NCBI GenBank assembly: GCA_963801355.1
Contig: CAWDEM010000008.1
Span: 384,001 to 448,000, forward strand
Direction: 5' to 3'
Origin: Ignavibacteriota bacterium
GTDB lineage: Bacteria > Bacteroidota > Ignavibacteria > UBA10030 > UBA6906
DNA: 64,000 nt
Part shown: one piece after another, positions 7,950 through 18,181 of the stretch
Layout: every line of letters begins with the position of its first letter
How positions within the stretch are numbered: the first letter of the stretch is position 1
Translations under genes and position numbers: made by a program
Notes under the pieces: model-generated
Told to the model about the DNA's origin: nothing
Database searches by the model: none
Seen by the model: only the letters and a program-made list of their open reading frames with translations

Positions 7950-9527
7950 ATGAAGAAAGAGATCATTATCAACGCTGCCGCCAACGAAACCCGCATCGCG
8001 ATTACCGAAGAAGGGCGACTGGCAGAGCTGTTTGTTGAAACCAGCAACAAGGAAAAGATGGTTGGGGACATCTACCTCGGCAAAGTCGCCAAGGTGATGA
8101 GCGGTATCAAGGCAGCATTTATCGATCTGGGTTTGGGGCAGGACGGATTTCTTCACTTCTCCGACATCGGCAACCGGCTTGACGAATACTCGGCAATGAT
8201 CGGTGACGATGACGATGAGGAAGGTGAAGGGAACAACCACGCAGAGACCGCCCCTGCACCCGCCGCGGAATCCCCCGAACACCGCCCGCGTCGTCCTGAA
8301 CGTGAGGTCCACCTCGAAAAGGGGCAGGATATCATCGTTCAGATCATCAAAGAGCCCGTGGGAAAGAAGGGTGTGCGTGTCACCTCCGAAGTCTCCCTCG
8401 CCGGCCGCTTCCTGGTTCTCCTTCCGTTCGACGGCAAAATCGGCATCTCCAAAAAGGTGACCAACTACCGCGAGAAGCGACGCCTCCGCAAGATCGTGCA
8501 GGCCATTCTCCCGGAGGGATTCGGTGTTATTATTCGCACCGTTGCCGAAGGGAAAGAGGAGACCTCACTCAAGAACGACCTCGAGGATCTGATCAAGACA
8601 TGGCGCGAAATCGAGACAAGCGTCAAGAACGAGAAAGCACCGTGTCTTCTGTACAAGGACCTTGCCACGACATCAAGCGTCATCCGTGACCTCTTTTCGA
8701 ACGACGTTTCCCGCGTGGTCATCGACTCACGGAAGCTCCACAAGGAGATCTCCTCCTACATCAAGTACACGTCCCCCCAACTGCTTGACAAGATTGAACT
8801 GCACCGCGACAAGACGCCGGTGTTCGATGCATTTGGCGTGGAGAAAGAGATCGAAACCACGCTCGCCCGAAAGGTGTGGCTCAAGAGCGGCGGGTACATC
8901 ATCATCGATCCCACGGAAGCGATGATGGTGATTGACGTAAATTCTGGACGTTACGCCCCGAAAAAAGAGCAGGAGCAGAACTCCCTCCGCACGGATCTCG
9001 AGGCAGCCCGGGAAATCACAAGGCAGCTGCGCCTGAGGGATATCGGCGGGATCATCGTGTGCGACTTCATCGATCTTGACGAGGAAAAGAACAAAAAGAA
9101 GGTATACGAGGAGTTGAAGAAGGAGTTCCGGAAGGACCGTGCAAAGGTGACTGTCTTGCCGATGACAGAATTCGGCCTTGTGCAGATCACCCGCCAGCGG
9201 ATCCGGCAGAACATCGTGCACAGTTTTACCGAGGCCTGTCCGACCTGCGGCGGCAGCGGACTCGTCCAGTCGAAAACCACCACCTTGAACCAGATCGAAC
9301 GGTGGCTCCGGCGTTTCAAGACCGAGACGCACGAAAAGCGTCTCGTGCTACGCGTCAACCCGAATCTTGCCTCCTCGCTGCGCGAAGGGACTCTCAGCCG
9401 GCTGAAGCGCATCATGCTGAAGTACTTTGTCCTGATCAAGTTGGAGGTGGACGGAACCATTCCGATCGGTGAATTCCGGTTCATCTCCCGTGCACAGAAT
9501 AAAGACGTCACGGAAAACTACAAATAG
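7950..9527 (+). CDS. rng: Ribonuclease E/G family (Rne/Rng)
   Basis: S1 domain (GDIYLGKV..., AAFIDLG), IDVNSGR, QLRLRDIGGIIVCDFID and the CPTCGGSG Zn-link. Start at MKKEII. Confidence 0.95.
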   Translation: MKKEIIINAAANETRIAITEEGRLAELFVETSNKEKMVGDIYLGKVAKVMSGIKAAFIDLGLGQDGFLHFSDIGNRLDEYSAMIGDDDDEEGEGNNHAETAPAPAAESPEHRPRRPEREVHLEKGQDIIVQIIKEPVGKKGVRVTSEVSLAGRFLVLLPFDGKIGISKKVTNYREKRRLRKIVQAILPEGFGVIIRTVAEGKEETSLKNDLEDLIKTWREIETSVKNEKAPCLLYKDLATTSSVIRDLFSNDVSRVVIDSRKLHKEISSYIKYTSPQLLDKIELHRDKTPVFDAFGVEKEIETTLARKVWLKSGGYIIIDPTEAMMVIDVNSGRYAPKKEQEQNSLRTDLEAAREITRQLRLRDIGGIIVCDFIDLDEEKNKKKVYEELKKEFRKDRAKVTVLPMTEFGLVQITRQRIRQNIVHSFTEACPTCGGSGLVQSKTTTLNQIERWLRRFKTETHEKRLVLRVNPNLASSLREGTLSRLKRIMLKYFVLIKLEVDGTIPIGEFRFISRAQNKDVTENYK

Positions 9528-9536
9528 GGTGTGAGC

Positions 9537-10631
9537 ATGGCCATGAAACGCACGGCCTTCTATGACATTCATGTCGGGCTCGGCGGGAAAATCGTGGAGT
9601 TTGCGGGCTTTGAAATGCCCGTGCAGTATTCCGGCATCGTGGAGGAACATCAACGCGTCCGTACACAGGTGGGTATATTTGACGTATCGCATATGGGGGA
9701 AGTGGAAGTGTGGGGAACGGATGCCCTCGCGTACCTTCAGACCATCACCATCAACGATGTGGCCAGACTCTCCCTGGGGCGCGTGCAGTATTCCGCTATG
9801 TGCTATGACAACGGCGGGATTGTGGACGACCTGCTCGTCTACCATATGGGCGACCACTTCATGACGGTCATCAATGCCTCCAACATCGGCAAGGATATTG
9901 CCTGGATGGAAGGGCATCTCAGCGGTGATGTGCGGTTGAAGGATGTCAGCGACGCAACATCGCTGCTCGCGGTACAGGGCCCCCATGCCCGGACCACGCT
10001 GCAAAAAATTGCCGATGTCGATCTCGAACCGCTCGAATATTACCACTGGATGCACGGAAAAGTCGCCGGGCAGCAGATGGTGATCTCCCGGACAGGATAC
10101 ACCGGCGAGCTGGGGTACGAGCTGTATTTCCCGTCCGATCGTGCCACCGGCGAACGCATATGGGGGGCGATTATGGAGGCCGGGAAGGAATTTGGCATTG
10201 GGCCGACGGGCCTCGGGGCACGCGATACGCTGCGGCTCGAAATGGGTTTCTGCCTGTACGGCAATGATATCGATCAGACTACTCATCCTCTCGAGGCAGG
10301 TCTGGGGTGGATTACCAAACTTGACAAAGGTGCGTTCAACGGACGCGATGTGCTGATGGATGCAAAGCGGGACGGATTGAAGAGGAGGCTGGTGGGGTTC
10401 ACTCTGATGGAGAAGGCATTTCCGCGTCACGGATATCCCATCAGCGCCGACGGGCGCGAAGTCGGTGTGGTAACCTCAGGTACCTACTCTCCGACCCTGG
10501 AAAAAGGGATCGGGATGGGGTACGTGCCGGTTGCTCTGGCCAGGCCCGGGACTCCCATCCAGATCATGATCAGAAACAAACCTGTTCCGGCGATGGTCGT
10601 GACTATTCCGTTCCTCAAGAGGCCGGCATGA
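9537..10631 (+). CDS. gcvT: Glycine cleavage system aminomethyltransferase T
   Basis: FAGFEMPVQY, FDVSHMGE, SRTGYTGELGYE and GLGARDTLRLEMG motifs. Confidence 0.97.
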   Translation: MAMKRTAFYDIHVGLGGKIVEFAGFEMPVQYSGIVEEHQRVRTQVGIFDVSHMGEVEVWGTDALAYLQTITINDVARLSLGRVQYSAMCYDNGGIVDDLLVYHMGDHFMTVINASNIGKDIAWMEGHLSGDVRLKDVSDATSLLAVQGPHARTTLQKIADVDLEPLEYYHWMHGKVAGQQMVISRTGYTGELGYELYFPSDRATGERIWGAIMEAGKEFGIGPTGLGARDTLRLEMGFCLYGNDIDQTTHPLEAGLGWITKLDKGAFNGRDVLMDAKRDGLKRRLVGFTLMEKAFPRHGYPISADGREVGVVTSGTYSPTLEKGIGMGYVPVALARPGTPIQIMIRNKPVPAMVVTIPFLKRPA

Positions 10632-11398
10632 TACCGATCCGCACATATCTCACGCCGTACCAGGTTGACGAAATGGCGCTGCGGGGGAAGACCGTTGCGG
10701 TGATCGACGTGCTCCGGGCGAGCACGACGGTGATCGCCGCTCTGAGCAACGGCGCGCGGGAAGTGATTCCCACGCCTACGGTGGAAGCGGCTGCGAAAAT
10801 CGCAGGTCATCTGGCGGGCGATGTGACCATCCGCGGTGGAGAACGCAACGGCAAAATCATCGAAGGCTTCTCTCTCGGCAATTCACCGCTGGAGTATACG
10901 GGTGAGCGGGTGCGCGACAAGTCGATTGTTTACAGCACAACCAACGGCTCCTCGCTCATTCTGAGGGCAAAATATGGATTGCACACGCTGGTATGCGGCT
11001 TTGTCAATATCAACGCCGTGGCCGGTTTCGTCAGAGCCAATGCATCCGAAGTGGAGATCCTCTGTGCCGGCAACGCCGGCGGGTTTGCATTGGAGGATGC
11101 CGTGTGCGCGGGGATGCTTGTGCACCTGCTCAGGGGTGGAGAGGACGAACAGGTTCCCATGAGCGATGCGACCCTCGCTGCGCATTCCCTGTACCGCGTG
11201 TATTCCAAGAACATTCTCCGTATGCTGCGTCAATGTGAACACGGGAAGTTCCTGGATGGCCTTGGCTTTGCGGATGATCTGGTGTACTGTGCCGGCGTGG
11301 ACACGGTCCCTGTGCTGCCCTTCCTTGATGATAACATGCTCCGACTGCGGAAGGTCAACGATCGCCGCGAAACAGTCGCTGCACCGGCAACAGTGTGA
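10628..11398 (+). CDS. comB: 2-phosphosulfolactate phosphatase family
   Basis: VIDVLRASTT, GGER.G, GNSP.E, TTNGS and LEDAVCAG motifs. Confidence 0.92.
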   Translation: MIPIRTYLTPYQVDEMALRGKTVAVIDVLRASTTVIAALSNGAREVIPTPTVEAAAKIAGHLAGDVTIRGGERNGKIIEGFSLGNSPLEYTGERVRDKSIVYSTTNGSSLILRAKYGLHTLVCGFVNINAVAGFVRANASEVEILCAGNAGGFALEDAVCAGMLVHLLRGGEDEQVPMSDATLAAHSLYRVYSKNILRMLRQCEHGKFLDGLGFADDLVYCAGVDTVPVLPFLDDNMLRLRKVNDRRETVAAPATV

Positions 11399-11413
11399 GT
11401 GGAGCGGTACCCC

Positions 11414-13894
11414 ATGGCAACTCAGAATCGATCGAAAAACGGCGGCACCTCCTCCAGGCGGGAAGCACGCAAAACATCCGCGCCCCGCAAACACATCATC
11501 ATTGCGGTCCTGTTGATCGCTTGTGCTGCACTCACCTTGATCTCCCTCGTGACGTATGACCCGGCCGATGAAGCGAATGCTGATGTCCGGATCGGGCATC
11601 TCTGGGGTGCACTGCGCGGCGATCCCGCGGCCCGTACTCTCTGGGACACGACGCACAACGGTCTGGGCCTCGTGGGGGTGATCATCTCCGATTTCCTGAT
11701 CCGTTCCACCGTCGGATATAGTGTGCTTGTCCTCCCGTTGCTCCTCCTGATGTGGGGGTGGACAATATTGCGGAAGGGAGACTTTAGCCGCGCGGTCATG
11801 TTTACGAACTATGCGCTCCTCTGGATGATACTGCTCTCCACGGCTTTCGGCATGCTGCGCAGAATACTGCCCGAAACAGGCCCGTCGCTTGTCTGGAGCG
11901 GGGCAGTCGGGGAATTTTTCTCCACCATCCTGGCCCATCTGCTGGGCCGTGCGGGAGGCAGCATCATCCTGATCGTCGCGATGTTCATAACCGTCATCGT
12001 GAGTGCTGATTTGGATGTGCGCTCGATGGTGGAGCGGATTCATACCGGTTGGCTCAAGCTGCTGGACATGATCAGCCGGTGGCGTGATTCGAGAGCCGAG
12101 TTGAGGGAACAACGGAAACTGCAGGAGAAAGAGGATGGCGACGCGAAAGGACTTCCCGTCCGCACGCGCGACAGGAAGGATGACGATCAGGAAGAAGAAC
12201 CACAACCTGTCCGTCGTGCCCCGGTGCGCATCACGCGTGCGGCGGAAGCGGAGCCTGCAATTGATGGTGACAACAGCACCCCGGCAAAGACCGCCATTAC
12301 CCGCACATTGAATTTCACAAAGAACAAGGCGGATGCGGACAACGAAGGCGGGCCGGAGGATGAGGGTTCCGAAACGCCGCCAGGGCCGGCGAGTCCCACC
12401 CAGCAGGAGGAGATTTCTTACCGGTTCCCGACAATCGATCTGCTGGATGCGCCGAAGCCCGGGAAGGAGGACGTCGATGAGGCGGAACTCCAGGCGAATG
12501 CGGAGCTTTTGCGGGAAACCTTGCTACAATTCGACGTCGAAGTAGAAAGTGTCAGTGTCACCCCGGGTCCGGTGGTGACCCTGTATGAACTCGTTCCCGC
12601 GGTGGGGGTAAAAATCAGCCAAATCGTGAGTCTGGAAAACGACATCGCCCTCAAGCTGGCTGCCCGCGGGATCCGGATCATGGCGCCGATACCCGGAAAA
12701 TCCGCGGTGGGCGTGGAGATTCCCAACTCGCATCGCTCGATTGTGACGATCCGGAGCATCTTGAATTCCGGTGTTTTCCGGGATTCCCAGGCAAACCTCC
12801 CCCTTGCCCTGGGGAAGACCATTGCAGGCGAGGTATTCACCGACGATCTGGGCCGGATGCCGCACATTCTCATGGCAGGATCGACGGGATCCGGAAAGAG
12901 CGTGGGTATCAATACCATGCTCGCGAGTCTGTTGTTCAGGATGCACCCTTCGGAATTGAAGATCATGATTATCGATCCGAAGAAGATTGAGCTCGCCCAG
13001 TACGCGAAGCTCAAGAGTCACTTCCTGGCAAAGTCGCCCGATATCGACGAAGACATTTTCACGACTCCCAACAATGCCGTCCTCGCTTTGAAAGGTGCGG
13101 AGCTTGAGATGGAGCGACGGTACGATTTGCTCTCCAAGGGAGCCGTCCGGAATATCCAGGACTACAATGCGAAACTTGCAGCCGGCGAGCTGAAAGACTC
13201 CGAAGAAGTCAGGCATGTGAAGATGCCGTACCTGGTGGTGGTGATTGACGAGCTTGCGGACCTGATGATCACGGCCGCCAGGGAGGTCGAAGAGCCAATC
13301 ACGCGTCTTGCACAGCTGGCCCGTGCAGTTGGTATACACCTTATCGTTGCCACGCAGCGGCCTTCCGTTGACGTCATTACCGGCGTCATCAAGGCAAATT
13401 TTCCCGCACGAATCGCCTATCAGGTGGCATCGAAAACCGATTCGCGGACTATACTCGACATGAACGGAGCCGAGCAATTGCTGGGGAACGGCGACATGTT
13501 GTATCTTGCCGCCGGCAGCCCCAAGCCGGTCCGGCTGCAGAATGCCTTGATTACTCCGCGTGAGGTGGATGCCCTGGTTGACCATATCGGGAACCAGCTG
13601 GGGTATGCGCAACCCTTCCTGCTTCCTTCGGCACTCGAAAAGCGGCGGACATCGGAGCAGAGTGCCGAAGGCGGACGCGATGTGCTCTTTGAGGAAGCGG
13701 CCCATGTCATCGTGCGGTACAAGCAGGGTTCGGTTTCACTTCTCCAGCGGCGGCTGAAGATCGGGTATTCACGCGCTGCGCGGCTGGTTGATGAACTGGA
13801 GGCAGCAGGTATCGTCGGACCCTCTGACGGGAGCAAGGCACGCGAAGTACTGGTGGACTCGGAATCACTGCTTGATGATCTTTTGCAGGGGTAA
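11414..13894 (+). CDS. ftsK: DNA translocase FtsK
   Basis: N-terminal TM domain, Walker A AGSTGSGKS, IDELADLM, ATQRPS and gamma domain SLLQRRLKIGYSRAARL. Confidence 0.97.
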   Translation: MATQNRSKNGGTSSRREARKTSAPRKHIIIAVLLIACAALTLISLVTYDPADEANADVRIGHLWGALRGDPAARTLWDTTHNGLGLVGVIISDFLIRSTVGYSVLVLPLLLLMWGWTILRKGDFSRAVMFTNYALLWMILLSTAFGMLRRILPETGPSLVWSGAVGEFFSTILAHLLGRAGGSIILIVAMFITVIVSADLDVRSMVERIHTGWLKLLDMISRWRDSRAELREQRKLQEKEDGDAKGLPVRTRDRKDDDQEEEPQPVRRAPVRITRAAEAEPAIDGDNSTPAKTAITRTLNFTKNKADADNEGGPEDEGSETPPGPASPTQQEEISYRFPTIDLLDAPKPGKEDVDEAELQANAELLRETLLQFDVEVESVSVTPGPVVTLYELVPAVGVKISQIVSLENDIALKLAARGIRIMAPIPGKSAVGVEIPNSHRSIVTIRSILNSGVFRDSQANLPLALGKTIAGEVFTDDLGRMPHILMAGSTGSGKSVGINTMLASLLFRMHPSELKIMIIDPKKIELAQYAKLKSHFLAKSPDIDEDIFTTPNNAVLALKGAELEMERRYDLLSKGAVRNIQDYNAKLAAGELKDSEEVRHVKMPYLVVVIDELADLMITAAREVEEPITRLAQLARAVGIHLIVATQRPSVDVITGVIKANFPARIAYQVASKTDSRTILDMNGAEQLLGNGDMLYLAAGSPKPVRLQNALITPREVDALVDHIGNQLGYAQPFLLPSALEKRRTSEQSAEGGRDVLFEEAAHVIVRYKQGSVSLLQRRLKIGYSRAARLVDELEAAGIVGPSDGSKAREVLVDSESLLDDLLQG

Positions 13895-13902
13895 GGAAGG
13901 AG

Positions 13903-14556
13903 ATGGCGGGTTTCATGAAGAAATGCATCGTGGTCCTCGGTCTGGCACTGGTCGCGGCATCCGTCGTTGCCTTCGCGGGCGATTCTGCGGTAGAAGTGCT
14001 TGCGCGCGTACACAAGAACTATGAAGAAATGGACGACGCAGAAGTGCGTTTCTCGCAAAAGGTGAAATTCGCGAGATCGAAGGTCGAACAGGAAATCACC
14101 GGTGTCCTGCAATTCAAGAAGGAACACAGGTACCGCATTGAGTTCGAGGGCCAGCTTGTGGTCACGGACGGCGAGACCGTCTGGTCGTACTCCGAACAGA
14201 ACAACCAGGTTCTCATCGACCGGTTCCGCCTGGACGAGCGGTCACTGTCGCCCGAGAGGATACTCACCGCCGCACCGGAGGACTTTGAGGCGATATTGAC
14301 CAACCGTGAAAAGGGATCGCAGGGAGATGTGTTCGTGTTGAAACTCACCCCCCGCGATCCGTCCTCACTCATGAAGACGATGAAACTCTGGGTACACGCT
14401 TCCGACTGGCTTATTCACCGGGTGGAGATCCTGGACCAGCACGGCAAGGAGACAACGTACCTGGTCAGCTCGTTCAAGATGAACACCGGCATCCCGGCCT
14501 CCCGTTTTCTGTACCAGGTCCCGGCCGGCGTCGAAGTTGTCGATCTTCGCGACTAA
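13903..14556 (+). CDS. lolA: Outer-membrane lipoprotein carrier protein
   Basis: Signal peptide, F.Q...G.L...YRIE, VTDGETVWSY and F....PAGVEVVD; sits in the conserved position after ftsK. Confidence 0.88.
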   Translation: MAGFMKKCIVVLGLALVAASVVAFAGDSAVEVLARVHKNYEEMDDAEVRFSQKVKFARSKVEQEITGVLQFKKEHRYRIEFEGQLVVTDGETVWSYSEQNNQVLIDRFRLDERSLSPERILTAAPEDFEAILTNREKGSQGDVFVLKLTPRDPSSLMKTMKLWVHASDWLIHRVEILDQHGKETTYLVSSFKMNTGIPASRFLYQVPAGVEVVDLRD

Positions 14557-14563
14557 TCACCCC

Positions 14564-15580
14564 ATGCCTAGACTCCGTTCCATTCTGCGCTACGGCGTCA
14601 GTGCGATCATCACGGTACTGTTCCTGTATATTGCATTTCGCGGCACGGATTTCGGGAAACTCTACAAGTCCATGTCGCAGGCGAACTACTGGTGGATGCT
14701 GCCGAACTTCGCGTGTCTGATGCTGAGCCACTACCTGAGGGCATGGCGGTGGCGGTACATGCTCGAGCCCGTGAAGGCCAATCTGTCGATGCGCAATCTG
14801 TTTTCGGGTGTGATGGTCGGATACATGATGAACAACATCCTTCCGCGGGCAGGCGAGCTTGTCAGGCCATACACGATCGGCAAGCTGGAAGGCATACCGA
14901 AAAGCGCAGCGCTCGGCACCATCGTGGTGGAGCGCATCATCGATATGGTCTCATTCCTGGTACTGGTGGCCCTTATACCGGTGGTCTATCATGGGCCGCT
15001 CGCGGAATCATTCCCCTGGCTGGCCAACACCGGCATCCTGGTTTCCGCGTTCACCATCGTTTTTCTCGGGGTCTTCATCGCCCTCGCGATGCGAAGGGAT
15101 TGGGCGGACGTGCTCATCCGTCTGGTAGGGAAGATCCTACCGCTTCGCGTTCGCGAACGGCTGGAAGGGTGGGTGCATGCATTCCTCGACGGATTCATGT
15201 TTCTGAGCCGCCCGGGCCGGTTCATCATTATTACGGTCCTCAGCTGTCTGATCTGGCTGCTGTACGTGCTCATGGTGTACTTCGCTTTTTTTGCGTTCGA
15301 TATTCAGCATCTGGGATTTGCCGGCGCGCTCGTTGTGCAGGCGATTTCCAGCATCGGTGTCGCCTTGCCGACACCGGGCGCAACGGGAACGTACCATGCG
15401 TTCACCTCGCAGACCCTCATGCGTCTGTACGGTGTCGATGCGACTCTCTCGCTGAGCTACGCGACGATCACACATGCCGTGGGTTTTGTCGGAGTCACAG
15501 TCATCGGACTCTACTACTTCCTTCGCGACAACATCAGGGTTCGCGAGGCGGTGGGCAATGAACCCCGGGAGCGGAAGTGA
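14564..15580 (+). CDS. UPF0104 / LPG synthase TM (flippase-like) membrane protein
   Basis: RAWRW, NNILPRAGELVR, VERIID and PTPGATG motifs with many TM helices. Confidence 0.9.
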   Translation: MPRLRSILRYGVSAIITVLFLYIAFRGTDFGKLYKSMSQANYWWMLPNFACLMLSHYLRAWRWRYMLEPVKANLSMRNLFSGVMVGYMMNNILPRAGELVRPYTIGKLEGIPKSAALGTIVVERIIDMVSFLVLVALIPVVYHGPLAESFPWLANTGILVSAFTIVFLGVFIALAMRRDWADVLIRLVGKILPLRVRERLEGWVHAFLDGFMFLSRPGRFIIITVLSCLIWLLYVLMVYFAFFAFDIQHLGFAGALVVQAISSIGVALPTPGATGTYHAFTSQTLMRLYGVDATLSLSYATITHAVGFVGVTVIGLYYFLRDNIRVREAVGNEPRERK

Positions 15581-16275
15581 TGCATTCCTTCCGCTGCACA
15601 CTCCTGCTGGCGATCCTTGTGGTTCCGTATGCCCTCGCGGGCACGCCGGAGACGCCGGCTACGGTTGAGCGCATGCGGCCGGGCATCGCCGCCGGCATGG
15701 GGGTGGAGTATCTCAGCCCCAGGGATGTCGTCGATATGATCAATGGAGCATTCCGTCCGACGACACGTGTGCCGGAATTCCACGCCGGGGTGAACTTCTT
15801 CGGCGCGGGATTCGTTCCTCTTTCGAGCGACTGGATGCTGAAGATCGAGTACGCGTATTTGCTCAACACGTACAACATCATCTACAATATTGCCGGGGCG
15901 TACGGCCCGGGCGAATTTACGATGAAGGTGCACATGCCGTCGCTCATTCTGCACCGCATGCTTGTGGACGAAGGGTTGTACAACGTCAGTGCCGGCCTGG
16001 GTCTGGGCTACCATTTCGGGGAGCTGTATGTGAACAACAGCAGTTTGATGGATTCCTATACTGCAGCAGGTGCAGGCGGGGTGCTGGAGCTGCAAGGAAA
16101 CACCGCAATGAGCGAAGACCTGTTTGTGCATCTGGGAGTGCAGGCAAGATGGGAATTCATTGGCGAGCTCCGCAACGCGGTCGACAAGTCCCCGGGAATC
16201 AACGCACAGGGTGATCCGGCACGGATGGGCTGGTTCAGCGTCGGGGCGAGGATCGGCATGAGCTACTATTTGTGA
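15577..16275 (+). CDS. Probable outer-membrane beta-barrel protein
   Basis: Signal peptide, alternating amphipathic strands and a C-terminal aromatic strand (GMSYYL). Confidence 0.65.
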   Translation: MMHSFRCTLLLAILVVPYALAGTPETPATVERMRPGIAAGMGVEYLSPRDVVDMINGAFRPTTRVPEFHAGVNFFGAGFVPLSSDWMLKIEYAYLLNTYNIIYNIAGAYGPGEFTMKVHMPSLILHRMLVDEGLYNVSAGLGLGYHFGELYVNNSSLMDSYTAAGAGGVLELQGNTAMSEDLFVHLGVQARWEFIGELRNAVDKSPGINAQGDPARMGWFSVGARIGMSYYL

Positions 16276-16332
16276 CGCTGTGTGTGATCGAGATTCTGGA
16301 ATAGCTGATACATTCATAACTCAGGAGTACCG

Positions 16333-16938
16333 ATGCGAACCACTATCATGGTGCTTGCGATGATGATGACATTGCCGTTGTTCGGTGATGCGCAGGACAA
16401 GAAACCTGCCGCCAAGGTGAAAGAAATTGCCGTTATCGAAACTTCGATGGGCACAATCGAAGCGGAGTTGTACCGTGACGATGCACCCAAGACTGTTGAT
16501 AACTTCGTCCGCCTTGCGGAGAAAAAGTATTTCAACGGAGTGATTTTCCATCGCGTGTCGAAAGGATTCGTCATACAGGGTGGAGATCCCACCGGCACCG
16601 GGACCGGCGGAAAGAGCATCTACGGCAAGGAATTCGAGGATGAACTCAACTCCGGCACGCCATCCTTCAAGGCCGGCTATCAGCACGGAGTGCTTGCGAT
16701 GGCAAACCGCGGGCCGAACACCAACACAAGCCAGTTCTTCATCATGCTGCGCGATGTGCCCCGCATGCCAAAGAACTACACGATTTTCGGAAAAGTGATC
16801 AAGGGCCTGGATGTCGTTGACAAGATTGGCGACGTGGAGATTACCCCGCAGATGGGACCGAATGACGGGAAGCCCAAGGTGGACGTGAAAATGAAGAGCG
16901 TCACCATCCGTCGCGAAGAACCCGAAACAGAAAAATAG
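16333..16938 (+). CDS. ppiA: Exported cyclophilin-type peptidyl-prolyl isomerase
   Basis: APKTVDNF, FHRV, FVIQGGDPTGTGTGG, LAMANRG and SQFFI motifs; signal peptide. Confidence 0.95.
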   Translation: MRTTIMVLAMMMTLPLFGDAQDKKPAAKVKEIAVIETSMGTIEAELYRDDAPKTVDNFVRLAEKKYFNGVIFHRVSKGFVIQGGDPTGTGTGGKSIYGKEFEDELNSGTPSFKAGYQHGVLAMANRGPNTNTSQFFIMLRDVPRMPKNYTIFGKVIKGLDVVDKIGDVEITPQMGPNDGKPKVDVKMKSVTIRREEPETEK

Positions 16939-16949
16939 CTCTCAACAGG

Positions 16950-17960
16950 ATGGCCAAAGGCGCTCCGGGGATCAGCGAGCTCCGCGCCTCGCTCAAGAAA
17001 AAGAATTTTCTTCCTGTGTACCTGGTACAGGGGGAAGAGGATTTTCTCGTTGAGGAAAGCATAGCGGCGATTCTGGACGCCGCCATGTCACGCGATGAGC
17101 GGACGTTCAACCTCGACGTACTCGATTGTGCGGACTTCGATGCGCGCGAAATCACTGCCCGCGCGTCCTCTCTTCCGATGATGGGTGAGCGGCGGGTGGT
17201 CGTCGCCCGCAACGTAGAGAAACTCAGCGCCAAGGACCTTGAGATACTTTCCGCATATGTCGAGCGTCCGTCGGTCTCCACGGTGCTGGTGCTGGCTGGC
17301 CGGAAAGCGGATCTCCGGAGAAAGCCTTTTGCGGGCCTCCATACAAGCGGCGCGGAATGCGCCTGTGCCCCCCTGACCGAAAGCAAGTTGAACGGATGGA
17401 TCACCGAGAGGGTCGAAGAGCAGGGCGGGACCATCGACGGGGAGGCTGCCGCGCTGCTCGCAGCGCAAGTGGGCTCGTCGCTCAAGGAACTCGACAGCGA
17501 GATCGCGAAACTGCTCGTGTTCGTCGGCGACCGGAAAAAGATTCTGCCCGACGACGTCGCTGCCGTAGGAGGATTCTCGCGGGAGTTCACTGTCTTCAAT
17601 CTGCAGGACGCCATCGGTGCCGGCAACCTGAGGGATTCCCTGACGATCCTCGACCACATGATCGAAGAAGGGGCGGAAATCGGCAGAATCACGTGGGCGT
17701 TGACGGACTATTTTAGTCTGCTCTGGCGGTTGCATCACCTCATGAGCAAGTCGGGGCATGACGACAAAGAGGGCTTCAAGTTGACCAAAACCTGGGCATG
17801 GAAGAAGAGGCAGTATCTTGAGGCCCTTCAGCGCTATCCTGCGGCCAGAATAGAGGCCATTTTCCAGATGATCGCCGAGACCGACATGCAGTCGAAATCC
17901 GGTTCCTACGCGGGAAAACGGGACTATTTGCACACTTTGCTAGTGAAAATGATGAGCTAA
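16950..17960 (+). CDS. holA: DNA polymerase III delta subunit
   Basis: PVYLVQGEEDFL, SLPMMGERRVVV, SEIAKL and VFNLQDAIG motifs. Confidence 0.9.
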   Translation: MAKGAPGISELRASLKKKNFLPVYLVQGEEDFLVEESIAAILDAAMSRDERTFNLDVLDCADFDAREITARASSLPMMGERRVVVARNVEKLSAKDLEILSAYVERPSVSTVLVLAGRKADLRRKPFAGLHTSGAECACAPLTESKLNGWITERVEEQGGTIDGEAAALLAAQVGSSLKELDSEIAKLLVFVGDRKKILPDDVAAVGGFSREFTVFNLQDAIGAGNLRDSLTILDHMIEEGAEIGRITWALTDYFSLLWRLHHLMSKSGHDDKEGFKLTKTWAWKKRQYLEALQRYPAARIEAIFQMIAETDMQSKSGSYAGKRDYLHTLLVKMMS

Positions 17961-18021
17961 GGGTCAGGCCCATGTGCACGCGCCCCCCTCCTGTCACCCA
18001 TCTCAGTTCTGCTCTCAACTC

Positions 18022-18050
18022 TTGACTTCCGGTCCGCCAAGTTGTAAATT
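18022..18050 (+). promoter_or_regulatory. Sigma70-type promoter
   Basis: TTGACT-N17-TAAATT upstream of the SPOR gene. Confidence 0.55.
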
Positions 18051-18181
18051 AAGGCACTACGGCAAGCATTTCACGAATCGCTTTATGCAGCGGCGCAAAG
18101 CTGTCGTTTTTGTGTGGGAGGGAGCTGCAGCGACGCAGCGATTTTATTGTGCATTGATCACATACACGGGAGGTTCCCACT

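Noticed and set aside
9348-13705. Long antisense ORFs (360, 440 and 393 aa) opposite gcvT, comB and ftsK, and similar ones opposite alaS, aconitase and the URO-D-like gene
   Set aside because: These are typical stop-poor shadow frames of GC-rich coding strands, with no recognisable motifs.
14692-15561. 289-aa same-strand alternative-frame ORF inside the UPF0104 gene
   Set aside because: Its Arg/Gly/His-rich composition is typical of an off-frame read, and it has no domain signature.
18055-18150. Possible c-di-GMP-I riboswitch upstream of the SPOR gene (GGCAAG...GCGCAAAGC)
   Set aside because: It lacks the GGCAAACC/GNRA P2 arrangement and the P3 motif; only generic pairing is visible.
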